Source: an uncultured delta proteobacterium (GTDB lineage Bacteria > Desulfobacterota > Binatia > HRBIN30 > BPIQ01). Taken from it: a stretch of 64,000 nt of DNA. The stretch spans positions 128,001 through 192,000 of the forward strand of contig CAVXGR010000011.1 of NCBI GenBank assembly GCA_963761335.1, given 5' to 3'. The translations under genes were made by a program, and so were the position numbers. The notes under the pieces are model-generated. The model did not search any database, was not told the DNA's origin, and saw only the letters and a list, made by a program, of their open reading frames with translations. Numbering within the stretch: position 1 is the stretch's first letter; each line of letters starts with the position of its first letter. Below are positions 11,005-26,780 of this stretch, piece after piece.

Positions 11005-11146
11005 TTGGCCAGCGGCTATGCCGTACTCGGACAGCCTCTTCAACCCCATCCCCCCGGAGGGGGTTGCGATAACCGATGATATCCAGTACGCACAGGGGCT
11101 GGGAGGCACTCGCTTCCCAGCCCGCGCACATCTTGTACGAAAGGAA

Positions 11147-11884
11147 ATGGGAGTGGCAATTCAGAGCATCCCCCAGCTGGCAGCCGAGTATGCGGACAAG
11201 AACCCGCGTGAGATCCTGGCGATGGCGATCCGCGAGTTCGCACCTGATATCGCCGTCTCCTTCAGCGGCGCCGAGGACGTCGTCCTCGTCGATATGGCGG
11301 CCAAGATCGGCGGCCGCTTCCGCGTCTTCTCGCTGGATACCGGGCGTCTGCATCCCGAGACCTATCAGTTTCTCGAGAAGGTCCGCGAGCACTACGGCAT
11401 TCAGATCGAGACCTTCTTTCCCAAGCCCGAGAGCGTGCAGAAGCTGGTGCAGGAGAAGGGCCTCTTCTCGTTCTACAAGGATGGCCACAAGGAGTGCTGC
11501 GGCGTGCGCAAGGTGGAGCCGCTGACCCGGGCGCTGAAGCCGCTGCGCGCCTGGGTGACCGGGCAGCGCCGCGATCAGAGCCCCGGGACGCGCAACGAGG
11601 TGCCGGTCATGCAGCTCGACAAATCGTTTGGCTCGGATGAGCACCCGCTGGTGAAGTTCAACCCGCTGGCCAACTGGAGCTCGAAGCAGGTCTGGGCCTA
11701 CATCCGCGAGAACGACGTGCCCTACAACTCTCTGCACGAGCGCGGCTTCATCTCGATCGGCTGCGAGCCGTGCACACGCCCGGTGAATCCCGGCCAGCAT
11801 GAGCGCGAGGGGCGCTGGTGGTGGGAAGAGGAGACCATGAAGGAGTGCGGTCTCCACGCCGGGAATCTGGCAAAGGCGTCCTGA
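11147..11884 (+). CDS. cysH: Adenosine 5'-phosphosulfate (APS) reductase, [4Fe-4S] type
   Basis: Motifs [32 protein letters not shown] and SIGCEPCT (CC...CxxC cluster ligands), and C-terminal ECGLH. The start could instead be GTG at 11153. Confidence 0.93.
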   Translation: MGVAIQSIPQLAAEYADKNPREILAMAIREFAPDIAVSFSGAEDVVLVDMAAKIGGRFRVFSLDTGRLHPETYQFLEKVREHYGIQIETFFPKPESVQKLVQEKGLFSFYKDGHKECCGVRKVEPLTRALKPLRAWVTGQRRDQSPGTRNEVPVMQLDKSFGSDEHPLVKFNPLANWSSKQVWAYIRENDVPYNSLHERGFISIGCEPCTRPVNPGQHEREGRWWWEEETMKECGLHAGNLAKAS

Positions 11885-11919
11885 ACAGCTGCGGCCGGGC
11901 CGGCCGCAGCCCGCAGGGG

Positions 11920-12255
11920 TCAGATGCCGCCGATGTCGTCGGGGTCGGTGAGTCGGGCTCGCTCCTGATCCGAGACCGCCTGCCCGAGGCGATCGGAGAT
12001 GAGGCGCAGGACGCTGGTGTAGACCTTCTCCTCGTCGCCGTCCCTGACTACGAAGAAGGGGGCGCGATCGACGCCCAGGCGCAGGCCGAGCTGCACGCCG
12101 GGGCTCTCGGGATCACCTTCGTGCGCCCACACGACCTCGTCGATGCGGTCCCACAGCCCGCGGCTGCGAAGATGCTCGGTGGCCTCGTTGCACTTGCGGC
12201 ACTCCGAGCCGTCCTTCAGCTTCTTCTTCACCATGGTGACGTGCATGCGAACCAT
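11920..12255 (-). CDS. Small thioredoxin/glutaredoxin-like protein (CxxC)
   Basis: CRKC near the N-terminus and GVDRAPFF (cis-Pro-like loop). Convergent with cysH. Confidence 0.6.
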   Translation of the reverse strand: MVRMHVTMVKKKLKDGSECRKCNEATEHLRSRGLWDRIDEVVWAHEGDPESPGVQLGLRLGVDRAPFFVVRDGDEEKVYTSVLRLISDRLGQAVSDQERARLTDPDDIGGI

Positions 12256-12366
12256 CTAACCCCCGCCCAGCGTGGCCGCAAGAGAGCTCCGCCCCGCGGC
12301 ACCCGGCTGGGGCCGACAGCGCCTGGAATTTCCGCTACACTTTCCTTTTGATCCGACCCCGGAGGA

Positions 12367-14196
12367 ATGATGCGACTTCGCACCGCGTTCTGCGCCGCCC
12401 TGCTGTCGATTGCCAACGTTTTGCCCACTGCCGCGGACGGCGTGATCAGCGGCCACGGCATCGCCATGCACGGGGACCTCAAGTACGGACCCGACTTCAA
12501 GCATTTCGACTACGTCAACCCCGCGGCCCCCAAAGGCGGCGAGCTGAAGCAGGAGGCCATCGGTACCTACGACAGCTTCAACCCCTTCATCATCAAGGGG
12601 ACCCCGGCGGCCGGCATCGGCCAGATCTACGACACCCTGCTGGTCCCCTCCGCCGACGAGCCATTCAGTGAGTACGGCCTGCTCGCCGAGAAGGTCGAGA
12701 CCCCGCCGGACCGCTCCTGGGTGGCGTTCACCCTGCGCGCCAACGCCCGCTGGCAAGACGGCAAACCGGTCACCCCGGAGGACGTCATCTGGACCTTCAA
12801 GGCTCTCCGCGACCAGGGTCAGCCGTTTTATCACGCCTACTACGGCAGCGTCGCCGAGGTGACGAAGACGGGCGAGCGCACCGTCAAGTTCACCTTCAAG
12901 CCCGGTGACAATCGGGAGCTGCCGTTGATTCTCGGCCAGCTGCCGGTGCTCCCCAGCCACTACTGGAAGAGCCGCGCCTTCGATCAGACCACCCTCGATC
13001 GCCCCCTCGGCAGTGGTCCCTACCGGCTGGGCGCCTTCGAGGCGGGCCGCTACGTGACCTACCTGCGCAACCCCGACTACTGGGGCGCCGCCCTGCCGGT
13101 GAACGTCGGCCGCAACAACTTCGACACGATTCGCTACGACTACTACCGCGACAGCACCGTCTCCCTGGAGGCGTTCAAGGCGGGCGCCTACGACATCCGC
13201 CTCGAGCAGTCGGCCAAGGACTGGGCCACGGCCTACGATGTCCCCGCCGTCAACAGCGGCAAGCTGCGCAAGGAGGAGTTCCCCAACGGGCGTCCCTCGG
13301 GCATGCAGGCTTACGCCTTCAACACGCGCCGCGACCTCTTCAAGGATCCGCGGGTGCGCCAGGCAATGTCGTATGCGTTCGACTTCGAGTGGTCGAACAA
13401 GACGCTCTTCTACGGCCAGTACACGCGCACGCGCAGCTACTTCGACAACTCCGAGCTGGCGGCAACCGGCCTGCCGAGCCCGGCGGAGCTGCAGATCCTC
13501 GAGCCCTACCGCGGCCGCATTCCCGACGAGGTCTTCACCCAGGAGTACGACCCGCCCAAGACCGACGGCTCCGGCAACATCCGCGGCAACCTCGAGAAGG
13601 CGGTGAAGCTGCTGCGCGAGGCGGGCTGGGACATCGACAAGAACACCCGCAAGCTCACCAACAAGACCACCGGTGCGCAGATGAAGTTCGAGATCCTCCT
13701 GGTCATGCCGCTGTTCGAGCGCATCACTCTGCCCTTCGCCAAGAACCTGGAGCGCCTCGGCATCACGGCGACGGTGCGCACCGTCGACACCGCCCAGTAC
13801 CAGCAGCGCGTCGACAACTTCGAATTCGACGTGGTCGTCGGCGGTTGGGGCGAGTCGCTCTCCCCGGGCAACGAGCAGCGCAACTACTGGGGCTCGGCCT
13901 TCGCCGACCGCCCGGGGAGCCAGAACATCGTCGGCATCAAGGATCCGGTCGTTGACGAGCTCATCGAGAAGGTCATCGCCGCGCCGGATCGCGCCTCTCT
14001 GGTGACCCGCGTGCACGCTCTCGACCGGGTGCTGCAATGGGGCCACTGGGTCATTCCCCACTGGCACATCGCCTACGACCGCGTCGCCTTCTGGGACAAG
14101 TTCGGACGGCCTAAGATCGTGCCCCTGCAGGGAGTGCAGATCGATGCCTGGTGGGTGGGCACGGCGAAGGCGAAGAAGCGGAAAGCAGGTACGTGA
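12367..14196 (+). CDS. yejA: ABC transporter peptide-binding protein (YejA-like)
   Basis: Signal peptide; motifs [34 protein letters not shown] and PLGSGPY. First gene of a yejABEF-like operon. Confidence 0.88.
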   Translation: MMRLRTAFCAALLSIANVLPTAADGVISGHGIAMHGDLKYGPDFKHFDYVNPAAPKGGELKQEAIGTYDSFNPFIIKGTPAAGIGQIYDTLLVPSADEPFSEYGLLAEKVETPPDRSWVAFTLRANARWQDGKPVTPEDVIWTFKALRDQGQPFYHAYYGSVAEVTKTGERTVKFTFKPGDNRELPLILGQLPVLPSHYWKSRAFDQTTLDRPLGSGPYRLGAFEAGRYVTYLRNPDYWGAALPVNVGRNNFDTIRYDYYRDSTVSLEAFKAGAYDIRLEQSAKDWATAYDVPAVNSGKLRKEEFPNGRPSGMQAYAFNTRRDLFKDPRVRQAMSYAFDFEWSNKTLFYGQYTRTRSYFDNSELAATGLPSPAELQILEPYRGRIPDEVFTQEYDPPKTDGSGNIRGNLEKAVKLLREAGWDIDKNTRKLTNKTTGAQMKFEILLVMPLFERITLPFAKNLERLGITATVRTVDTAQYQQRVDNFEFDVVVGGWGESLSPGNEQRNYWGSAFADRPGSQNIVGIKDPVVDELIEKVIAAPDRASLVTRVHALDRVLQWGHWVIPHWHIAYDRVAFWDKFGRPKIVPLQGVQIDAWWVGTAKAKKRKAGT

Positions 14197-14209
14197 CCGC
14201 CGCCGCCCG

Positions 14210-15306
14210 ATGATCGCCTACCTCGCCCGCCGGCTGCTGCTGCTCATCCCGACGCTGCTCGGCATCATGGTGCTGAACTTCGTCATCATCAACGCCGCCC
14301 CGGGTGGGCCGGTGGAACAGGTGCTGGCGCGCATGCGCGGCACCGCCGTGGCGGCGACAGCGCGCTTCAGCGGCGGCGCCCAGGGAGAGGTCGCCAAGGG
14401 CGGCCGGGCCGGCGGCGAGGGCGGCAAGTACCGGGGCGCCGAGGGCCTCGATCCCGCCTTCGTCAAGCAGCTGGAGAAGCAGTTCGGCTTCGACAAGCCG
14501 GCCTATGAGCGCTTCCTGCTGATGATGAAGAGCTACCTGGTCTTCGACTTCGGCAAGAGCTTCTTCCGCGACCGCTCGGTCATCGACCTCATCCTCGACA
14601 AGATGCCGGTGTCGATATCACTGGGGCTGTGGACGACCCTGCTGGTCTACCTCATCTCGATCCCGCTCGGCATCGCCAAGGCGGTGCGCGACGGCTCCCG
14701 CTTCGACGTCTGGACCTCCGGCGTGGTGATCGTCGGCAACGCCATTCCCGGATTCCTCTTCGCCATCCTGTTGATCATCCTCTTCGCCGGCGGCCGCTAC
14801 TTCGACTGGTTCCCGCTGCGCGGCCTGGTGTCCGACAACTGGCACCAGCTGCCCTTCTGGCAGAAGATCGCCGACTACTTCTGGCACATCACCCTGCCGG
14901 TCGCTTCGATGGTCATCGGCGGCTTCGCCGGCCTCACCATGCTGACCAAGAACTCGTTTCTCGATCAGATCAATCAGCAGTACGTGACCACGGCGCGCGC
15001 CAAGGGCCTGAGCGAGAGCCGCGTCCTCTACGGACACGTGTTCCGCAACGGCATGCTGATCGTCATCGCCGGTTTTCCCGAGGCCTTCCTCAGCATCCTC
15101 TTTACCAGCGCCCTGCTCACCGAGGTGATCTTCTCGCTCGACGGCCTCGGCCTTCTCGGCTTCGAGGCGGCCATCAACCGCGACTACCCGGTGATGTTCG
15201 GCACGCTCTACATGTTCACGCTGCTCGGGCTGGGGATCAAGCTGGTCCAGGATCTGACCTACGTGCTGGTCGATCCGCGCATCGACTTCGCCAGCCGCGA
15301 AGTTTG

Positions 15307-15307
<1 letters not shown>
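14210..15307 (+). CDS. yejB: ABC transporter permease (YejB-like)
   Basis: Motifs [43 protein letters not shown] and DPRIDF. Confidence 0.9.
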
Positions 15308-18021
<2,714 letters not shown>

Positions 18022-18073
18022 GGGGCTGGGTATTGAGGTGTTGGGGTGTTGAGGTGTTGGGTGTTGGGGGAGT

Positions 18074-18369
18074 TCGTGCTCGTGCTCAGCGAAGCGGTGC
18101 TCGTAATCGTACGCGTAATCGAGCCGGCGGTGCGGGCGGATTCGTAGCGCAGCGCTCGAGCCCGCGGCGCTCACGGACGATTACGCGCCCGAGTACGATT
18201 ACGAGTAGAGGAGGCGTCTCGCCTCCTCCGGACGCGGCGGGACGCCGCGTCTACTTCTCGCGGTCGAGCCGGCGATACCGACGGGCCGCGGCACCGCGCC
18301 ACCACCCGCAACTGTCGCTGACGATTACGAGTACGATTACGAGCACCGCTTCGCTGAGCACGAGCACGA
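18074..18369. repeat. MITE-like element with 48-bp terminal inverted repeats, flanked by GTGTTG/CAACAC short repeats
   Basis: Left arm TCGTGCTCGTGCTCAGCGAAGCGGTGCTCGTAATCGTACGCGTAATCG (18074-18121) matches the reverse complement of 18322-18369 with one mismatch. Confidence 0.8.
18205..18254. repeat. REPIN-like doublet nested in the TIR element
   Basis: GTAG-AGGAGGCG-TCT-CGCCTCCT-CCGG-ACGCGGCG-GGA-CGCCGCGT-CTAC. Confidence 0.75.
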
Positions 18370-18395
18370 TCCCTCAACACCTCAACACCTCGTCT

Positions 18396-19091
18396 CTAGC
18401 CGAATCGGCCGATATCGTCGACGAGCGTATCGCGGATGAGCTTCACGGTAGCGGCGCGTTCTCTCTGCTTGGTGTTGCGGAACGCCGGATCGGGCAGCTC
18501 GCCGAGGGCGCGGGCGCGTTCGAGGGCGGATTCGACGACTGCTTCCGGGGGCAGAGTGACGTCCAGATAGCCGGCATCCATGGCGGTCTGCGGATCGTAG
18601 ATGCGCGCCTGGGTCACGGCGGCGGTGAAGTGGCGCTTCGACAGACGGGCTCGCGCCAGCTCCAGGGCGAAGATCGGCAAGGTCAGGCGGATCGCCACCT
18701 CGTTCAGGCCGATCTTGAAATCCCCGCGGGCGCCGAGGCGCGCGTCGCCGACGAGCAGGAGGATGGCGCCGGCGGCAAGGGCGTGTCCGGTGCAGGCGAT
18801 CACCACCGGGCGCGGAAAGGTGTAGATGCGCAGCATCATCTCGGCTCCGCCCATGACCAGGGCGCGCACCTGCTCGACGTCGCCACTGGTCATGACGCCG
18901 AGATCGAAGCCGCCGCTCAGCCTTCCGGGCCGCCCGGCGATGACCACGGCACGGGCCTCACCCTCGGCGCGCTCCAGTTGCTCGCCGACGGCGCCAACGG
19001 TCTCCGGCGACAGCGCGTTGACCTTGCCGTCGTCCAGAGTGATCAGCGCAACCCCGTCGCGCAGCTCATAACAGACCTTCTCTGTGGGCAT
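18396..19091 (-). CDS. Crotonase/enoyl-CoA hydratase family protein
   Basis: Motifs LDDGKVNAL, SGGFDL, ACTGHALAAG and IGLNEVAI. Confidence 0.9.
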   Translation of the reverse strand: MPTEKVCYELRDGVALITLDDGKVNALSPETVGAVGEQLERAEGEARAVVIAGRPGRLSGGFDLGVMTSGDVEQVRALVMGGAEMMLRIYTFPRPVVIACTGHALAAGAILLLVGDARLGARGDFKIGLNEVAIRLTLPIFALELARARLSKRHFTAAVTQARIYDPQTAMDAGYLDVTLPPEAVVESALERARALGELPDPAFRNTKQRERAATVKLIRDTLVDDIGRFG

Positions 19092-19154
19092 GCGCGGTTC
19101 TAGCGCGGCGCGAGGCGAGAGCCAAGCGCGCCTCCGGCGCGCCGAGCGCGCCGA

Positions 19155-19769
19155 TTACCAGTGTCTCACTCTCCCCACGTCGACGTGAACAAATGCCGGT
19201 TTGGGATAGTAGCCGACGCCGCCGCGGCGCAGCTCGATGGCGGCGAGGCGGACGTCGGCGAGGCGGCGGCCCGGGACGCGCAGGTCGATGGCCTTCCCCT
19301 GCATGTGCAGGCTGTGCCTAGCAACCCCGGCGCGGCGCCTCGCCAGCATGGCGTTGGTCTCGGGGGAGCGATAGCCGCAGATCACCTCGATCGGATCGTC
19401 GCTGTCCAACGAGGTGCGCAGCAGGAAGAGGAGATCGAGCAGCGCCGGCGCGATCGGCAGCACCTTGCCGTTGTGATGGTCGCGCAAGACGCGATTGATC
19501 TCGTGCAGCGCCGGCTGCAGGTAGCGGCCGCTCTCGCAGTACAGGGCCGACAGCCTCTCTCCCGTGTGCAGATGATGGAAACGCAGGTCGCGCTCGGGCG
19601 GCAGGCTCGGCGCGCGCAGGCGCGAAGCGCGGCGAATCGCCGCTCCCGCAACCCCCGGGACCAGAGTCAGGGCGGCTGCCGCCACCGCGCCGCGCTTCAG
19701 AAAGGCGCGGCGCGTCTGCGGCTCCGATGCGGACGCAGACGCCCGCCCGAGACGATCGGATGTCGCCAT
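19155..19769 (-). CDS. Tat-exported YcbK/DUF882 (peptidase M15-like) peptidoglycan endopeptidase
   Basis: Twin-arginine TRRAFLK; motifs HHLHTGE, LRDHH, ICGYRSPETN, SLHMQGKAID and GGVGYY..FVHVDVG. AGGAG Shine-Dalgarno before ATG 19769. Confidence 0.9.
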   Translation of the reverse strand: MATSDRLGRASASASEPQTRRAFLKRGAVAAAALTLVPGVAGAAIRRASRLRAPSLPPERDLRFHHLHTGERLSALYCESGRYLQPALHEINRVLRDHHNGKVLPIAPALLDLLFLLRTSLDSDDPIEVICGYRSPETNAMLARRRAGVARHSLHMQGKAIDLRVPGRRLADVRLAAIELRRGGVGYYPKPAFVHVDVGRVRHW

Positions 19770-20043
19770 ACATCTCCTGTCGTCGAAGTTTTTTTTGCCG
19801 GTGGGCGCGAGAGATAGAGGCGTGCAGAGCAGGCACCCGACCGAAAGGAACCCAAGCTGGGTAACACGCTCGACCGCGTAAGCCAAGCTCATTTTCCTGG
19901 AAGCGCGCCCGGCTCGGCCGCATCACCCCCGCGCCAACAACGATGGCCGCCACGACTAGCCGCGTCCGCAGCAACCCGTAACCTTTCCGCTCTCTCACGG
20001 GTTAGAATAGGGTGAGACAATCAACGGAAGGGAGATCACGCCA

Positions 20044-20511
20044 ATGGCCGTCAAACCGGTACCCGAAGGAAATTCAGGTCCGACGCCTTACCTCTGCGTG
20101 AGCGGCGCCGCCGCCGCTATCGAGTTCTACAAACGCGCCTTCGGCGCCACCGAACGGATGCGCCTGGCTGAGCCGAACGGCAGGATCGGCCATGCCGAGG
20201 TGTCGATCGGCACGGGCTCGATCATGCTCGCCGACGAGTACCCGGAGCTGGGAATCCTCAGCCCCAACTCCCTCGGCGAATCGCGCCCGCCGGTGATCAT
20301 GCATCTCTACGTCGACGACGTCGACGCCGTCTACGCGAGAGCGCTCGAGGCGGGGGCCACCTCACAGCGCGAGCCGGCCGATCAGTTCTACGGCGATCGC
20401 AACGCCCAGGTGAAAGATCCTTCCGGACACATCTGGTACATCTCCAGCCGCAAGGAAGAGCTGTCTGCGGAGGAGATGCGTCGCCGCTTCGAGGCATTGG
20501 AGGAGAAGTGA
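20044..20511 (+). CDS. VOC/glyoxalase (PhnB-like) protein
   Basis: Motifs TPYLCV, AIEFYKRAFGA, IGHAEV, IMLADEYP, DQFYGDR and DPSGHIW. GGGAG Shine-Dalgarno. Confidence 0.9.
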   Translation: MAVKPVPEGNSGPTPYLCVSGAAAAIEFYKRAFGATERMRLAEPNGRIGHAEVSIGTGSIMLADEYPELGILSPNSLGESRPPVIMHLYVDDVDAVYARALEAGATSQREPADQFYGDRNAQVKDPSGHIWYISSRKEELSAEEMRRRFEALEEK

Positions 20512-20526
20512 CCCCCACGCCCTCGC

Positions 20527-20919
20527 CTACATGTCCCGGCGCCGGATGACGAAATCCATGACCTGGTCGTGGACATAGCCGCACTTGGCGTCGGGCAGGG
20601 GCATGTCGCGCACGGGCTGGCCGTACCAGGGATAGCCGCGGCAGACGAGCGGGCGCTCCTCGTAGGCCATGCAGCGACCGTCGGCGCTGAGCTGGTCGCA
20701 CCAGTAGAGATGGGCGCTGGCGGGGAGGTGAGTGACATAGAAGGGGTTGCGCCGCATCGCCTCCTCGCGTGTCAGCGGATGCCAGTGCTCGGCGGCGAAG
20801 ACGTGATCCGAGGGAATTCCGAGCACGCCGCTGACCGCGGCGATCGCCTGCACCTCCTCGGGTGACTGCTCCAGGGTCAACACGCGGCAGCAGGCGCCGC
20901 ACTGATTGCACAGGTTCAC
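20527..20919 (-). CDS. YkgJ family CxxCxxCC Fe-S/zinc cluster protein
   Basis: Motifs CNQCGACC, CDQL..GRCMAYEERPLVCRGYP and CGY. Confidence 0.8.
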   Translation of the reverse strand: MNLCNQCGACCRVLTLEQSPEEVQAIAAVSGVLGIPSDHVFAAEHWHPLTREEAMRRNPFYVTHLPASAHLYWCDQLSADGRCMAYEERPLVCRGYPWYGQPVRDMPLPDAKCGYVHDQVMDFVIRRRDM

Positions 20920-20958
20920 ACGCGACCTCGACCGCCGTCGCTCACATCTGCACCCAGA

Positions 20959-21003
20959 TCGACCGTCTCGGCGCTTCCGGAAGCGGCGAGACGCCGCTTC
21001 TAC
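20959..21003 (-). repeat. REP-like palindrome
   Basis: Minus strand reads GTAG-AAGCGGCG-TCT-CGCCGCTT-CCGGAAGCGCCGAGACGG. Same core as the copy at 10981-11004. Confidence 0.7.
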
Positions 21004-21027
21004 ACGGTTCAGCGAATCGGGGAAGGA

Positions 21028-21615
21028 TCAACGAGGGGCCCCTGCCAGTCGCTCGAGCAGCGTGCTGACCGCGACCGGCGCCGCCGCCTTCACGGTCACG
21101 CTGAAGCGCTCGCGCCGATCTTCGGGACGCGAGATCTCCCACTTGCCGTCGCCGTAGAGGGTGCCCAACAAGGGCCGCAGCAGTGGCTGAAACGCCGCCA
21201 TCGTCTGGTCGGTATTGGGGGCGGCAAGGCGGTCGTTGGCAATGATCTGCAGCTCGTCACCGGGAAACCGCATGCTCCCCTTCAGCTCCTCGGCGGACTC
21301 CAGCTGCTGGCAGGCGCGCAGAGCGACGCGGCACGCGGCGCCGAGCCCCGCCGCCGGATCGCCGTCGAGGTGGCGCTTGCGATCGTAGAGCAGACCGACG
21401 CGGCCGCCGGTGGAGTCGATGGCGTAGTGCCCCTCGTGGGCGATGAGCATGATCCCCGGTCCGTCGGGCACGTGGCTGTAATCGGCGACGTCGATGAGCA
21501 GACCCTCGACGGCAGCGGTCTGAATCCAGCGATGGAAGAGCGGGATGAAGCGCGACAAATCGACCGGCGCCGGCAGCTCCGCGAAGAACTTGATTCCGAT
21601 GCGTTGGAGATCCAT
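21028..21615 (-). CDS. Conserved hypothetical protein downstream of the sulfite reductase
   Basis: MDLQRIGIKFF...FHRWIQ...LIDVADYSHVPDGPGIMLIAHEG...NDRLAAPN. Protein-like composition; starts 17 bp after the reductase stop. Confidence 0.7.
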   Translation of the reverse strand: MDLQRIGIKFFAELPAPVDLSRFIPLFHRWIQTAAVEGLLIDVADYSHVPDGPGIMLIAHEGHYAIDSTGGRVGLLYDRKRHLDGDPAAGLGAACRVALRACQQLESAEELKGSMRFPGDELQIIANDRLAAPNTDQTMAAFQPLLRPLLGTLYGDGKWEISRPEDRRERFSVTVKAAAPVAVSTLLERLAGAPR

Positions 21616-21632
21616 GCGGGTTGAGCGACGAA

Positions 21633-23930
<2,298 letters not shown>

Positions 23931-24153
23931 TGTGTGCACCTCGTATCGCCACCGGGACGCGGCACGTGCGACCCGACAGATTTTGGGATGCGGAGGATTA
24001 TGCGACAGCGGCGCCCCTAAGCCTAGCGCCCGCGCTCTGGCCGTTCCCCCTCCCCTCATCTCTCCGTAAATGGAGCCCCCCGAGAATGCAAGGGAAAGGG
24101 GGGAGGCTGGACGAGAGACCTGCTCTGGCCTGCCGCTCTCTCGATTCGCCATT

Positions 24154-24278
24154 CTCATTCCCGGTTCTCATCCCGTCGTTTTCCATTGTTCTGCGCGCCG
24201 CGGGGCCACCGACCGGCTGCGGGTTACTTGCGGCGGTCAGAGCGAATGGAAAACGACGGGATGAGAACCGGGAATGAG
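24154..24278. repeat. Perfect 34-bp inverted repeat (long hairpin) in a divergent intergenic region
   Basis: CTCATTCCCGGTTCTCATCCCGTCGTTTTCCATT (24154-24187) is the exact reverse complement of 24245-24278. Confidence 0.9.
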
Positions 24279-24366
24279 GACGGGGAATGGCACCCCCCCC
24301 TGGATTCCCGCCGGAGCTGCGTATAGATCCGCGCATGGTCAATCATCACCGGGAGACGGCGGCGCC

Positions 24367-25668
24367 ATGATGAACGGCATCTGGCTGGCGCTGGTGGTGG
24401 CGTCGGTGATCGCCGCCTCGTTCAACGGCAACATGGAGGCGGTGACCGCAGCCTCGATCGAGTCGGCCAAGTCGGCCGTCGAGCTGGCCATCGGTCTCAT
24501 CGGGGTGATGGCCTTCTGGCTCGGCATGATGCGCGTCGTTCAGGAGGGCGGTCTCCTGCACACCCTGGCCCGCGCCCTGCGGCCGGTGATGACGCGACTG
24601 TTCCCGGAGGTGCCCGCCGAGCACCCGGCGATGAGCGCCATGATCATGAACATCGCCAGCAACATGCTCGGGCTCGGCAACGCCGCCACCCCGTTCGGCA
24701 TCAAGGCGATGATCGAGCTCAACCGCCTGAATCCGACCCCGGGAGTGGCCACCGACGCCATGGCGCTGTTCCTCGCCATCAACACCTCCAACGTCGCCCT
24801 GGCGCCGCTCGGAGTCATCGCCCTGCGCGCCTCGATGGGCTCGACAAATGCGGCGGGCATCTGGCTGCCGACGCTGCTGGCGACCAGCATCTCGACGATC
24901 GCCGGGATCGCCGCCGCCAAGGGCTTGCAGCGCCTCTACCCGCCGGCGGGTGCCTACGAGGCGACCGAGAGCCGCAGCGCCGACACGGAGCCCGAGATTC
25001 CCGAGGAAGGCGCCGGCGGCGAGGAGCGCTCCGCCTCGCCGGGCGGCTGCGCCCTCGCCGTCGGGGTGCTGATCGCCATCGCCGCCGGCTTCGTCGTGAC
25101 TGTGTACCGCGGCATCGGCGGCGGCGCCGCGGCGAGCGATCTGCTGCGCCAGGCGGCGTCGACCTGGATCCTCCCCGTACTGATCGCCGCCATGCTGCTC
25201 TACGGCTTCGCCAAAGGGGTCGGCGTCTACGACGCCATGATCGCCGGGGCGCGCGAGGGATTCCAGGTGGCGGTGCGCATCATTCCGTTCCTGGTGGCGA
25301 TCATCGTCGCCGTCGGCATGTTCCGCGCCTCCGGTCTTCTCGATCTCCTGGTCGGCGCCGTCAGTCCGCTGATGAACGCCGTGGGCTTTCCGCCACAGGC
25401 GCTGCCGATGGCTCTGCTGCGACCGCTCTCGGGATCGGGCGCCTACGGGGTGATGGCGGAGATCATGAAAGCGCAGGGCCCCGACTCGCAGGTGGGCTAT
25501 CTCGTTTCGGTGCTTCAGGGAAGCACCGAAACCACCTTCTACGTCCTCGCCGTCTACTTCGGCGCCGTCGGTGTCACCCGCGTGCGCCACGCCCTCGCCG
25601 CCGGCCTGATCGCCGACCTCGCCGGCGTCGCCGGCGCCGTGCTGGCGGTCAACTGGCTGCTAGGATGA
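24367..25668 (+). CDS. SpmA/SpmB fusion (nucleoside-recognition gate domain membrane protein)
   Basis: Motifs NMLGLGNAATPFGIKAM, FLAINTS, RPLSGSG and QGSTETTFYVLAVYFGAVG. Confidence 0.9.
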   Translation: MMNGIWLALVVASVIAASFNGNMEAVTAASIESAKSAVELAIGLIGVMAFWLGMMRVVQEGGLLHTLARALRPVMTRLFPEVPAEHPAMSAMIMNIASNMLGLGNAATPFGIKAMIELNRLNPTPGVATDAMALFLAINTSNVALAPLGVIALRASMGSTNAAGIWLPTLLATSISTIAGIAAAKGLQRLYPPAGAYEATESRSADTEPEIPEEGAGGEERSASPGGCALAVGVLIAIAAGFVVTVYRGIGGGAAASDLLRQAASTWILPVLIAAMLLYGFAKGVGVYDAMIAGAREGFQVAVRIIPFLVAIIVAVGMFRASGLLDLLVGAVSPLMNAVGFPPQALPMALLRPLSGSGAYGVMAEIMKAQGPDSQVGYLVSVLQGSTETTFYVLAVYFGAVGVTRVRHALAAGLIADLAGVAGAVLAVNWLLG

Positions 25669-25731
25669 GGGGCTCACCCCCCTTTACTCCCCAGCACCAG
25701 GGAGTAGTCGTGGAACGAGGAGGAATCGCCG

Positions 25732-26703
25732 ATGAACTACACCGCGCTCGGCCGCACCGGCCTGAAGGTCAGCCGCTTCTGTCTCGGCACCATGAACTTC
25801 GGGCCCGAGACCAGCGAGAGCGACAGCCACCGCATCATGGACCGCGCCCTGCAGCTCGGCTTCAACTTCTTCGACACCGCCAACGTCTACGGTTGGAAGC
25901 GCGGCGAGGGGATCACCGAGCAGATCATCGGCCGCTGGCTGGCCAAAGGCAGTGGCCGGCGCGAGAAGATCGTCCTCGCCACCAAGGTCTACGGGCCGAT
26001 GGGCGACGGCCCCAACGATCGCGGCCTCTCCGCCTACCACATCCGCCGCGCCTGCGACGAGAGCCTGCGGCGGCTGCAGACGGACCACATCGACATCTAC
26101 CAGATGCACCACGTCGAGCGGCGGACGCCCTGGGAGGAGATCTGGCAGGCGTACGAGCAGCTGGTGCGCGAGGGAAAGGTGATCTACGCGGGCAGCAGCA
26201 ACTTCGCCGGCTGGGACATCGCCACCGCCAACCAGACGGCGGCGCAGCGCAACTTCCTCGGCCTGGTGAGCGAGCAGAGCAAGTACAGCCTGGTCACCCG
26301 CGCCATCGAGCTGGAGGTGATTCCGGCCTGCGGCAGCTACGGCATGGCGCTGATCCCCTGGAGCCCGCTCGAGAGCGGCATCCTCGCCGGAGTGCTGCGT
26401 TCCTCCGGCGGCTCGCGCCGCAGCGGCGAGCGCTCCCGCAAGCTCGTCGAAAAGCACCGCCAGGCTCTCGAGGGCTACGAAGCGCTGTGCAGCGAGATCG
26501 GCGAGGAGCCCGCCAACGTGGCGCTCGCCTGGCTACTGGCACAGCCGGGGGTCACCGCACCGATCATCGGACCGCGCACCATGGAGCAGCTGGAAGGCGC
26601 CCTGCGCGCCCTCGAGCTGCACCTCGACGACAGTCTCTTGCAGCGGCTCGATCAGATCTGGCCCGGTCCGGGCGGCGCCGCCCCGGAGGCGTACGCCTGG
26701 TAG
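25732..26703 (+). CDS. Aldo/keto reductase
   Basis: Motifs LGRTGLKVS, LGTMNFG, FDTANVYG, LATKV, SLRRLQTDHIDIYQMH and PWSPL. GAGGAGG Shine-Dalgarno. Confidence 0.93.
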   Translation: MNYTALGRTGLKVSRFCLGTMNFGPETSESDSHRIMDRALQLGFNFFDTANVYGWKRGEGITEQIIGRWLAKGSGRREKIVLATKVYGPMGDGPNDRGLSAYHIRRACDESLRRLQTDHIDIYQMHHVERRTPWEEIWQAYEQLVREGKVIYAGSSNFAGWDIATANQTAAQRNFLGLVSEQSKYSLVTRAIELEVIPACGSYGMALIPWSPLESGILAGVLRSSGGSRRSGERSRKLVEKHRQALEGYEALCSEIGEEPANVALAWLLAQPGVTAPIIGPRTMEQLEGALRALELHLDDSLLQRLDQIWPGPGGAAPEAYAW

Positions 26704-26780
26704 CTGGTTATTCGAGCAATCGAGTAGGCGGGCGTCGGGTTCCCCGTGCCCGTGCCCGCTTTCGTCCCCCTCGGCACAAC

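Noticed and set aside
10600..11146. Riboswitch (e.g. SAM) upstream of cysH
   Set aside because: No recognisable conserved aptamer core by eye; the hairpins are explained by REP-like repeats. An Infernal/Rfam scan would settle it.
14629..15306. N-terminal extension of the 1130-aa ORF
   Set aside because: It overlaps yejB in another frame with non-protein-like composition; the real start is at 15307 or 15322.
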